A stretch of DNA of 53,973 bases from Salisapilia sapeloensis CBS 127946 (lineage: Eukaryota > Protista > Oomycota). Location of the stretch: contig JAADVB010000119.1 of the NCBI GenBank assembly GCA_023334545.1, positions 1-53,973 on the forward strand, read 5' to 3'. The number at the start of each line of letters is the position of its first letter. Position 1 is the first letter of the stretch. The notes beneath the pieces are model-generated. The model saw only the letters and a program-made list of their open reading frames with translations. It did no database searches and was not told where the DNA came from. Both the position numbers and the translations under genes were made by a program. Positions 44,403-53,973 of the stretch are shown one piece after another.

Positions 44403-45429
44403 ATGAGCTCCAGTACTTCTGTATCTCGAGACATTCTAGAAAAAGTCCGGAAGGAGTTCCAAAGCGCAGTCGTGGCACTAGAACGCCAAGTCTCGACGCT
44501 TACAAGTCACAATGAGCTCCTCACGAACGCATACGATCGGCAACAAAAGTATTTTACCTCCTTTCTACATTCTTCCATTCCTTCCATATCATAATACAAT
44601 CTTCTCATCATCTCCATTCAATCATGTACTCATCCTCTTCTGTCCTAGACTCATCGAAAATCTGGAAAAGCAGCACGAATGGGACCAAGAAGACTTACAT
44701 TCGTTACAGGAAACACTTCAGATGACACAGGAAGACATGGATGCTTCTAGACATCAAAGTCAGACCCAACGACAAGCTCAGGAACATCAGATCACTCAGT
44801 TAAAACAGGATCTGGTCCAAACAACAGCTCGATTTAAACGCTGGGAGCTCAATAAAGCAGACGAAGTACATCTCCTAACACAGCAACTCGCTCAAGCACA
44901 AGCCTATGCTCTACAGCAGACGCAACGAGCTGAATCGTATGAACAGCGTATACAATTGAGTCAAAGTGCGTATGAAGAAGTGAAACGAGAGGCTGAGAGA
45001 TGGCGTACACAAGCAGAAACTCCTTCTCCACCATCCCAACAGACCAATACGGATTATGAGTACGAATTGACGCGACTGAAACGAAAGATGAAGGAGATGA
45101 AGGAGGAAAATGCGTTTTTAAAACAAGCAATAGTGGATCGATCTAGTCATGATCGAAAGGAAAGGAGGCATCGACATCGGAGTAGGAGTAGGAAGCAGGC
45201 AAAACCTAAGGAAGAGAGATGGGAGAACGTCGAGACCAAGTCGGACGGGGTTAAGACGATGGAAGAGTCTTCCCTCGTCCTCACAGATGCGACGGAACCT
45301 CCAGAATGGACACCACCGACGACGCCGGAGAAGAGTATCCGCCCTCGTCCATCCAGCGTCCGGTTAGAACGAGAGTTAAGTGGCCTTCGACACAAGTTGG
45401 ATGCATGTCTGCACTTGGACGAATCCTAA
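44403..45429 (+). CDS. Hypothetical coiled-coil protein (intron about 44550-44648)
   Basis: Gln/Glu-rich heptads in both ORF segments, joined by a GT-AG intron; no family recognised. Confidence 0.6.
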
Positions 45430-45448
45430 GCATCTAGTCTTGGGTATG

Positions 45449-46712
45449 TTAACTGTCGTATGTGAGTTCACATCCGGCTGGATCGGCGATGGCAAGTCGT
45501 CGATCTTGTAATTCATTTTCTTCGAACGACGAATCGACTGGCATCGTATCGAGGATACTATCATCTCGATCTCGTGTAAATGTCGTGAGATGATGTTCCT
45601 GTGTCTCGGCTTCATAGGCTGAAAAGTCTTGCAGCTCTTCGACACTTGTATCTCGAGACTATCAAGGTATTAGGCATTAGAGGAAGGTTATAAGGAGATA
45701 AGAGGGGAATGTACCGATGAGTGTTGCGAGAAGGTTGACCGAGTTGTTCGCGATGGACTTGTCGCGAGGCCGATGGACGTCGTGCGTTCTAGTACAGGCG
45801 TCATCTCTGGCATCGAGTCTCTGTATGTATCGTCGTAGAGCTCAAACTCTTGTCGCATCCATTCTTCCTGTTGTTGCTTTAACGCTTCTTCTTCATCATT
45901 ACGATGGCGTAAGATATCTTGTAACGACTTTTTCTGTTTCAATAGTACTTGCTGTGCGACTGGTGACGATGGTGGTGTAAAGTCGAGTACTTGCGACTTG
46001 CGCTGTGGTGTGGCAGGTCGAAAAGGTGCTTTTGAAGGATAGGATCCTGCTGCTCGTTTCGAGACTTGGATACGAAGTTGATCTCGTTGGGATTTCGCGG
46101 CTTTTGGAAATGCAGTTTGTGGTTCGGGAGGTCGTACGAATGTACTCCTTGGGGAGGTGGCATATTGGAGTGGAGGTGGCTTGTAGCTCGTGGCATTCGA
46201 TTGAACGTGGATATGCGGAACCGACTGGCGTTTGCGTTGGACAGGAGAAAATAGCGGAGTGGAGGTGAGGTCTCGCTGGTTGGATGGTTCTGTGAGAGAG
46301 ATATGGAGCTGGAAGGTACCCAGCTGGAGGATGGTATTGTCTTCAATGACTTTGGCTTGGTAGTAGAGGTTCGTGTCGTGTAGGATACTTCCTCGCTTGC
46401 TATGGTCGATGTAGACCCAAATGTGATGCTGTGGTGTACATTCGATTGTGCCATGCATCCAGTCGATCTAGACATCATAGATAAAGGTTAATATATATGC
46501 ATAGCGATTTGTAAAGGAGAAGAGTGTACGGAAGGGTTAGGAGGGCATTGCACATTGGCAGCAGGATTGGTGCCGACGGATATGGATGAGGCATCCGGAG
46601 AGAACGTCACTTCGGTCTTGTCGTTCGAACTTTCATGATTGTTTGGCTGAGACAAGAAGCAAAGCGTTATGCTCCGTGTAGATATAGGTTCCTGCACTGC
46701 CTCGATGGCCAT
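45449..46712 (-). CDS. Protein with an N-terminal degenerate FHA-like domain and low-complexity tail, 3 exons
   Basis: Spliced ISVGTNPAANVQCPPNPS|IDWMHGTIEC...WVYIDHSKRGS...ILQLG; last exon SRDTSVEEL...LTYDS*. Confidence 0.6.
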
Positions 46713-46899
46713 CGCTTAATTGATTTCTTCTGTTTGATCTATTCAGCACCCTTTCAAGATATTGTTTCTTATTAATTTGCCCACTTTATATATAAACTGT
46801 ATTATAGACGTCCAGTGCTAATGACACAACAAAAGACTAATTTAAGATTCCGACCGTTAAAGATACCATACGAGGTACATCTACCATGTTTCATGCGTT

Positions 46900-48345
46900 C
46901 TAGAGGTATGCGGCGATCATTTTCGCCACAGGTCGAATCCAGTGACCAGTCTTCCAGCTAAACATCCCCTGGAGGTTCCGTTCCGGTCGCTTCCACAACT
47001 GGTCCGTCACGACTTCTGCTGGTTCATGCATGCTTTCATACTCGTGTTTCAAGTCTCGTTGCAAACGATCGTTTTTCGTGTACAATACGACTTGAGATTC
47101 CAAGTCATATCCATACGACCGTTGTCCAAAATTAGAGCTCCCAAAGACAGTAATCCAAGGCTTTCGCTCCGTCCGACTTGGACTCCACCACATCCCTTTG
47201 CCATGGAATGTCCAGTCGGTCTTTTGAAATTCACGAATCGTCGTCTCGTATTTCTTGTTCGGACGTAGATGCTGTCTCGAACGTTCATAGAAATCTTGCT
47301 CAATGAGTGAATAGGCCATTGGCAAAGCTCCTTTGACGTCCGTGGCTGTGTAAAAACCATTGGCAATAGGTGCAGCAGTTAGGACGTCCAGATCGACGTG
47401 AGATTGGATGAGGAAATCAGATAAAAAGCGAGGAAAATTGAGATATCCGGATGCGATTGCTAGATGTGAGTCTTGTGGTAGCTCTTTTACGAACTGGATG
47501 AGCATCCGTTCATCTTGTGTGACATCCAAAGGTGAGAACTGGATGGTTGGAGACGCCCAGGCATCCATTTCTTCTGTCGCATCAAATGATGACGGACTTT
47601 GATCGGTTTCAAATAGCTTTTCCAATTCTTTTTTCAAGTCGGAAGGATGCGAGGACGACGGAGGAAGGAGTTCATACCCTTGCTTTTCATGTACTTGAAC
47701 GGTATATGAATGCATAGTCAAGAGATGAACGAAAGAGTGATAGAAAGTCGAGAGACCGCCTTTTGCTGCATCCATTTCGGACGAACCACAGTGCTGCATG
47801 AATACGTATCGATCCTGCCGGTTGGTAAAATAGTCAGAGGAGAGGTTGGCACCACTCATGACTAGTTGATCGTCTACTAGGTACACTTTGGAGTGCAATA
47901 CACCCATCGTCTCGTTAAACGGAGGCGGAAACATCGCCTTGAGACCTTTTAGTTGTGGCACTTTGTAGAGACTCAAGTGGACATTGGATGGGAACTCTCG
48001 GAGAAGAGGTGAGAGCATACCGACAGAGCTATGGATGTCTCCGCCACGCTGACCACGAGAGTAGTCGAGTACGATAGTTACTTGGAGTTCTGGTCTCTCT
48101 CGAAGTCGTTCCCCAAGCGATGATACAAGGCGTTGTTCGAGCTCACCTGTACCTAGATATAGCGAAGAGATGCTAATACGATGCTCGGCTTTCCGAATGT
48201 TGTCCAAGAGTTGCTCATAAAATTGCGTTGGAGTCGAAAGGAGCGAAATATCGGCACTTTTTAATGGGAAGACGTGCGACTTGCTCGATACTGATGCGAA
48301 TAATGCATCCACGTCCTCCTCCTTTTGTATATGTTCAGAAGACAT
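46900..48345 (-). CDS. PGS1: Mitochondrial phosphatidylglycerophosphate synthase (PLD superfamily)
   Basis: ISSLYLG, DYSRGQR, HSKVYLVD...SGANLSSDYFTNRQDRY, WTFHGKG...GSSNFGQRS. Confidence 0.95.
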   Translation of the reverse strand: MSSEHIQKEEDVDALFASVSSKSHVFPLKSADISLLSTPTQFYEQLLDNIRKAEHRISISSLYLGTGELEQRLVSSLGERLRERPELQVTIVLDYSRGQRGGDIHSSVGMLSPLLREFPSNVHLSLYKVPQLKGLKAMFPPPFNETMGVLHSKVYLVDDQLVMSGANLSSDYFTNRQDRYVFMQHCGSSEMDAAKGGLSTFYHSFVHLLTMHSYTVQVHEKQGYELLPPSSSHPSDLKKELEKLFETDQSPSSFDATEEMDAWASPTIQFSPLDVTQDERMLIQFVKELPQDSHLAIASGYLNFPRFLSDFLIQSHVDLDVLTAAPIANGFYTATDVKGALPMAYSLIEQDFYERSRQHLRPNKKYETTIREFQKTDWTFHGKGMWWSPSRTERKPWITVFGSSNFGQRSYGYDLESQVVLYTKNDRLQRDLKHEYESMHEPAEVVTDQLWKRPERNLQGMFSWKTGHWIRPVAKMIAAYL

Positions 48346-48633
48346 TGTGTTAGTTGATATATTCCAGAGATATACTCCAGAAAGACGTTGTGGAAGGGAG
48401 AATAAGCTGCTGAGAGCGATCGACGAGGCTTGGAATGCTTTGGTAGATGATGCTATTTTCGTGTATTATTATGGAACAGCGTATATTTCGTATAAATCTA
48501 TACAATATAACGAGAAAATAAACTAATACATAGATAATACAGAACTATACATGAGTGTGTAAATATCGTCTTGTAAATTGTATACAATTCTGTTACTACA
48601 ATTCAAAATTGAGCTCGGAATCGCTTGAGTAGC

Positions 48634-49401
48634 ATGTCTAGCAAGCGGCATGGTAGCAACGCTCCAGAGTCGTCTTCACCGTCGAAAAAGCGCGCCAGAA
48701 AAGCTGCAAAGACAGACAAGTACAGCTTAGATGAGCTGGGGTACGACAGTGGCGACAATGAGGACTATGCTCGAGGTGAAGAGGTCGAGGCCGATTCCAA
48801 TGAAGTGGCTCCTGTTGTCTTCCAATGCCTCTTTTGCAGCGCGATTCTTAGCGACTCGTACTTCTACGAAAGCTCTACACCAGCTCTGCAGCTCATATCA
48901 TTCACAGAAGCAACGAACGTAGAAATTGTGCAGGACGACCCACACACGTCGGACGATGCACATGATCTAGGAGCAACGTATCAAGAGCTCATTTGTCAGA
49001 ACTGCAACACTGTCGTCGGTCGAAAGTACCTGACGACACCAAATAAGCTCGACAGTCTCCGATCTCGCTTTAGCTTCCTTTCGACAGCATTGGCGTCATA
49101 TACATTAGGTGAATTAGCCCCGAACGATGTGAATGCGGAGGCGACGCAACAATTTGTCACCGATCTAAGTGCCCTCAACGACAATCGACCAAAAATTGCT
49201 AAACTAGAGGAACAATTGGCCAAGTTCCAGGATCTAATGCTCGTCATGGAAGATCGCTTGTACAAATTGGAGCAAAAGACACAGGTAGAAGAGCTTCCGA
49301 GTATGAAAGAAAGTGTCAAGAAGAAAGAGAGTCCAAAGAAAGCCGCTAGAAACGGTGTGGATGTGAGTAAGATGCCAGGATGGTCGTCTCTCCGAAAATG
49401 A
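48634..49401 (+). CDS. MIS18: Mis18/Yippee zinc-binding domain protein with coiled coil
   Basis: VVFQCLFCSAILSDS and LICQNCNTVVGRKYLTTPNKLDSLRSRF, followed by a coiled coil. Confidence 0.8.
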   Translation: MSSKRHGSNAPESSSPSKKRARKAAKTDKYSLDELGYDSGDNEDYARGEEVEADSNEVAPVVFQCLFCSAILSDSYFYESSTPALQLISFTEATNVEIVQDDPHTSDDAHDLGATYQELICQNCNTVVGRKYLTTPNKLDSLRSRFSFLSTALASYTLGELAPNDVNAEATQQFVTDLSALNDNRPKIAKLEEQLAKFQDLMLVMEDRLYKLEQKTQVEELPSMKESVKKKESPKKAARNGVDVSKMPGWSSLRK

Positions 49402-49431
49402 ACAAAGAATCTTTTGTTTCCTTCAGGGTCT

Positions 49432-50058
49432 TTATTCGCTACGTTCCGCCTGTACCTGTGCTTCAATTGTTTCTCGAACGGCGTCGACGCCTTGGGCAGG
49501 GCGTGGCTTTCGGATTTCGCCAGGGCTAGATGAGAAATTAGAAGATGGATGAAGGCTATTCTTGGAATTATTTTCATACCGGTCGATGTATTCGATAAAT
49601 GCCATCTCAGCACCATCGCCACGACGGAAGTCAGCTTTCATCACACGCGTATAGCCACCTTCACGAGTGCTATGGTTGCAAATATATGGTATTAGTGCCA
49701 TTGAAGGTGGAGTGAATTGGTAGACATAGGATACAGGTATCGCGGTCCGAGCTGGCCAAAGACTTTTTCAAGGGCATCATCCGTGCGTAGAATAGCTTGC
49801 GCACGACGACGAGAGTTCATGTCTCCCTGCTTGCCCAACGTGATCACCTGATCAGCAATGCGACGCAATTCCTTGGCCTTTGGCAACGTCGTGTGGATGC
49901 GTTCATGCTCCACGAGCTGCGTCACCATGGTTCTATTATACAAGTTTACTCGTCAAATGCCATTGCCTATAATTTGCAAGGCTGGTAACGTACCGGAGCA
50001 TGGCCCATCGGTGCTCCGATGTCCTATTGAGCTTACGGAAGGCGACGCGATGCTTCAT
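49432..50058 (-). CDS. MRPL17: Mitochondrial ribosomal protein bL17m, multi-exon
   Basis: MKHRVAFRKLNRTSEHRWAML|RTMVTQLVEHERIHTTLPKAKELRR...REGGYTRV...RRGDGAEMAFIEY. Confidence 0.95.
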
Positions 50059-50644
50059 GACGAGCTAGTGGACCGAGCGCGTTATGTGTGGAGCAGCGAC
50101 ACGAAACCTTTCCGCGACCTTCGCGCAACCTTTGCATGTGGTCAGATCGGGTCTATCCGGATCTGTAACCGTCACACGAAAATCTATCGGACCAGATCTT
50201 GGAGTGGATTCACCTGACGATGTTCGTCTTCACGGGCCATGTCCGGACCATTCATTCCCGAACAATCCATCCTTTCGCTCGATTGTGCTTCCTTTTTTAG
50301 AATTTTAGGTAAATCCAACGAGCGGGAACGAATGGCTTCATGTCAAGTCCTGTACGGCTCTCTTGGTGACTCTTTTTGAATATGCTACGGTAGATCTCCA
50401 GACAATCCGTCCGTCGATTCGTAAAACGTCGATAGCGAGTCTGTTGGACAGATATGAACTAGAAATCTTCTTGACACCCAGACATTGTTTTTCCTTTCCG
50501 TGGACATTAAGCCTTCTCTTCCGACGAAAGAAGTCGAACACCCAGCTGGGAGAACATCATTCTTGCCCTCTCGCTTTCTTAAACGAACCCACCTCGGACA
50601 TATTAGGTACTTCATTACGTTCTTTTGCTTACCAAGATCACAAG

Positions 50645-51085
50645 ATGGAAGCGCAATTCGTTCCTGTGAGTGAGGAATTGCGGTGCCGATATACCTCCAA
50701 GCGATGTGAAAATCCTCGTACGCACAAAAAGAATGGGACACTGCACAAATTTTGCCATTACCATCGAGAACGTGCGAATCGGAATCAAAAGCGACTGGAT
50801 CAACGTCGACGACAGCAGCGATTACAAGCAAAGGCGAGTGAAGAAAGAGTTGCAATGCAGTGTCCGGAACCAGATCCGCGATGGTTTGAAGTCTATTGTC
50901 AACCAACAGACGTAACCAAGGACACAGCTGCGATGGCCAACCTTTACTCGAGTAGCACAGAGGACAAGCCAGAGCTTATTGATACAGCATCCTACGTTAT
51001 AGCTAGCTTCGACTCGATCGAATTGGAAATTCTAAGAGAGCTTTTGCTCAGCAGTGACGAAGAAAGCAATCAGAGCAAGCTGTAA
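50645..51085 (+). CDS. Small C3H zinc-finger-like protein, copy C
   Basis: CRYTSKRCENPRTHKKNGTLHKFCHYHRERANRNQKR with C-terminal LRELL; ATG at 50645. Confidence 0.82.
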   Translation: MEAQFVPVSEELRCRYTSKRCENPRTHKKNGTLHKFCHYHRERANRNQKRLDQRRRQQRLQAKASEERVAMQCPEPDPRWFEVYCQPTDVTKDTAAMANLYSSSTEDKPELIDTASYVIASFDSIELEILRELLLSSDEESNQSKL

Positions 51086-52766
51086 GCAGCCTCAGACGGG
51101 TCATCAACCAAATTATTAGATTGCGCCCATTGAGAGTAGACAAATAGATTTAGGATAGTTGCCCACAAGCTCTTGCATGTGACCTGGAAGTGCGATGACT
51201 TGGGTACGTTTTAGCAACAAGAAAGATATCCATTCATGTATCATATATGCCCACTTCCGTTCCTTGCATGCCGTTGTTTAAATTGCCACAAAGTTGTGTA
51301 CAGGATCAACCGCTCTTATTTACAGATGACCAAGCTAATTAGAAAGCATATATTCTTTATCGAAAATTGAATTTGTGATAACACCTTTGGGTAAAGATCG
51401 TATCCAAACTCTCTGGAGTTATCAACTACAAGTCATTTTTCTCACAATGCAGCTCGATCGTCCATGTAATTGGTCCTGGGGTATTCGGAGCAGGTGAAAG
51501 CGCTGTTTGAAATGAAGTTTCTTCACGTGTCTTTAGTTGATCGTCATACCGAAAGTATCATTAGTTGCTGCTCCCTTATCTTTGGCTGTGCTTGACTGAA
51601 GCCACTTAAAGTCGATTCGATGTATTGCCAGTTTTAAATTATCATTCATGATGGCTCCAAGTACCGCCTCCGTCTCGTTTAAGAGGTATAACGTGTCGTA
51701 TATGAGGTTCTAACCTGTTTGAAGATGCTAAATTACCACAGCGCAATAGCTACAGTAGCTTCTAGTTAAGATAGTTTCATGGAGGTAAATAAAATTCATG
51801 CCTGCAAGGTCCCATTTGTGTCCATCATACGCGCTATCTAAGCATGCTAGAGACCGGTGAGGTTAGGAAGGTAATTATATGTCGTAAAGAGCTAGACGTC
51901 AACGTACTCCACTTTATAGTCCAGTCTACTTTGAATGTGAATTCCCAGTTTCATTAAATACTGACTCAGTGTGAACATGACCGAATGGTCGAAGGTCAAC
52001 ACCATACGAGCAGCAGAGGACTAATGCCAGACATTTTCACGTGTGTATCACAATCGACGGTGTGGTAAAGCTGTGGACCTTCTTTTTAACCTTGGCATCG
52101 GGATATTGTAATAGCCGTCTATGCAAGGGTGGATGGTGTACCGAGTTCTTTAACTAAAACTAGCTCATGGGGTATGCTTGCAGTAGATGAGGCAACTAAC
52201 AAGTTTCGTGGTAACTTTTTATTTTGAGGTGTTATTTGTGCGCAAATATGATGCGTTTCATGATCGATTTCAAGTAACATCGTGGAAAAGCACAAAGCTC
52301 CGATGAGTCAAAGCTGCTCTTCTTTTGCAGCCAACGAGATGAATTGACGTGCCAAGAGGAGTCTTGCGTCCGTTGCAACTAAGTTACTGCATCACTCGTA
52401 TGTTATCATTTGCGCATTGACTCGCAGTACTTGCGCTTGTCTCAATGCACTCGTCCGTTAGAGCAAAGTATGATCAAGGTGTTTTCGCGCAGAAAGTATG
52501 AACATCTTCAAAGATATCTTCATCGCCTCCTCGTATCATTTAGAATAGCAGAAATCGTTCGTCTGATAAGGATGTGCATAGACTAATGCAGCGTGTAGTT
52601 GTCGGATGAAATCCACATGACTGCCCATCCACTGGACACGCCTACGTCTGGGTGTCAAGCCTGTTGTGTAGCCGGAGAACTAGTCAAGTAAAGCGCTTTC
52701 GTCATTTCCACTTGATATTCCCCACTGTGATCATATCGGAATACTACGAGTGAAAATTACCTTGTT

Positions 52767-53973
52767 ATGAATCGGTCGGCAATCCTTCTCGTGATCCTCA
52801 TCAACACGCATTTCCAACAAAGCGTGCTGAGCGAAGTTTGTACCGAGGAAGAGGAAATTAATTTAATTGAAATGCAAACAGAATCAAACAAATTTCGATA
52901 CGATAATGTTTGCGTGGACATGGAAACTTTGACCTACGACTGCAAGGCTTCATGCGTCGAAGCGTATCAAGAATTGTATAAAGAGCTTCCAGGCTGCGAT
53001 TTTCTCTCCAAGTTATTTGGATACGTGAATATAAAGGAACTGCATCGTGCCTTCGAATATTTATGCAAAGAAGACATCGACAGCAAGAATGCTTCGAGTT
53101 TCGACTACCTACAAGGTATTCATGCACCTTTGTTCTTATGTGTGCGTGTATAGCAAAGTTAATCAGTCTGTATATATAGATGACTGGCACAACATAATCT
53201 TCCCAACCTATGCATCCGTGTCGAGCGATTTGAATGAGCGTAGGCTACTTCAAGTGGTTTCTACGGATTCTGCAGCATCCACTGATGAAGGCACTAGACG
53301 ATATACGGCTAGATCAGCAATAGCGAATATAATCTCAGCACTAATACCTCAAGGTGCTGTAGAATCTATCGCTGATGCTGCACTTGCGAATATTGGCTTA
53401 GCATCAAATGTTGGCGATGTAACAGCGGCCGTTGGTATTGCATCAGACCTTTCGAGCTCAGCATCAGCTACCAGTATGTCAGAGGATGCTCCAAACACAG
53501 CTAAACCCCAAATTACTATCTCCCCTTCGAAAAGCTCGTCAAAAGATTCCAACGGTTCACATGAAGAAAGCCTAGTAGACGAGGGACCCAGCACACTCGT
53601 CATCGTTATTCCGATCGTTATTGCTCTGCTCATTTTATCTGTTGCGGCAGTCTGGTGGTTACGTCGACGTAAGTCAGTTTCGGTGACGAAGAATGAGGAG
53701 AGTGGGTACACGCAAGATATGGCAAAGACAATGACCGAGATAGAAGTCCAAACTCTGCCAGCAACCTTTTTCGGAGACTCATCAGACGGCTTCAATTTCT
53801 ACGACATCTGGAGCGACCGAGAGCTCATCGATAAAAAGCTCAACTTCTCAGAAATCCAGGACATTAAGGTCCTCGGATCCGGGGCTTTCGGTGTCGTATG
53901 GCTAGTGTCCTACTACAACACATACTACGCGTCCAAGAGACTCGCACGCAACGTCGTCGACCCAGTAGCATTC
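52767..53973 (+). CDS. Receptor-like TKL kinase with an elicitin-like ectodomain; 3' partial; predicted intron 53116-53179
   Basis: Exon 1: signal peptide and six Cys. The open frame from 53029 to the window end encodes an S/T-rich stalk, TM VIVIPIVIALLILSVAAVWW, RRRK, then IWSDRELID...VLGSGAFGVVWLV...YASKRL. Confidence 0.8.

Noticed and set aside
50080-50300. Stem-loop CAGATCGG...CCGGATCTG followed by a T-run, considered as a Pol III ncRNA (SRP, RNase P/MRP, snRNA)
   Set aside because: No conserved SRP helix 8, RNase P CR or Sm-site motifs; lies in the divergent promoter of bL17 and zinc-finger C.
50363-50644. N-terminal extension of the 240-aa ORF
   Set aside because: Paralog alignment and an Inr-like motif near 50610 point to ATG 50645; the upstream part is likely UTR or promoter.
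51400-52120. Faint kinase-like fragments on the + strand (IGPGVFG, SFMEVNKI, MLETGEVRK, TEWSKV)
   Set aside because: Spacing between the fragments does not match kinase subdomain distances and no HRD/DFG remnant was found; needs a frameshift-aware alignment to rescue.
1-53973. CRISPR arrays, rRNA, intact transposons, selenocysteine or stop-codon recoding
   Set aside because: No repeat-spacer arrays, rRNA motifs or transposase/RT domains seen. All in-frame stops in conserved genes are explained by canonical introns.

Overview
Eukaryotic genomic DNA, almost certainly an oomycete (stramenopile). The lineage is inferred from the gene families, 55-70 nt GT-AG introns and Inr/FPR-like core promoters; the species cannot be determined. 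Very compact housekeeping blocks (about 3.1-22.5, 27.1-31.7 and 35.5-50.1 kb) hold fibrillarin, NAA20, DHBP synthase, SDHAF2, mitochondrial SerRS, AAGAB, prefoldin 5, EMC6, PEX7, a PPTase, a GH5 glucanase, tRNA-iMet, CDC45, RsfS, SLC35A, PIG-Z, PGS1, Mis18 and bL17. These alternate with gene-sparse islands holding TKL receptor-like kinases (one intact LRR-RK, one decayed LRR-RK pseudogene) and three copies of a small C-x6-C-x15-C-x2-H zinc-finger protein with an LxxLL tail. Best novelty candidates: (1) a receptor kinase, cut by the window end and missed by the ORF track, whose ectodomain has an elicitin-like six-cysteine spacing; (2) an EF-hand domain fused to a succinate/fumarate-type mitochondrial carrier; (3) the minimal zinc-finger/LxxLL family; (4) two Sds3-like paralogs sharing an unassigned C-terminal beta-rich domain. 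All homology calls come from motif recognition by eye, with no database search, and intron boundaries are manual predictions.
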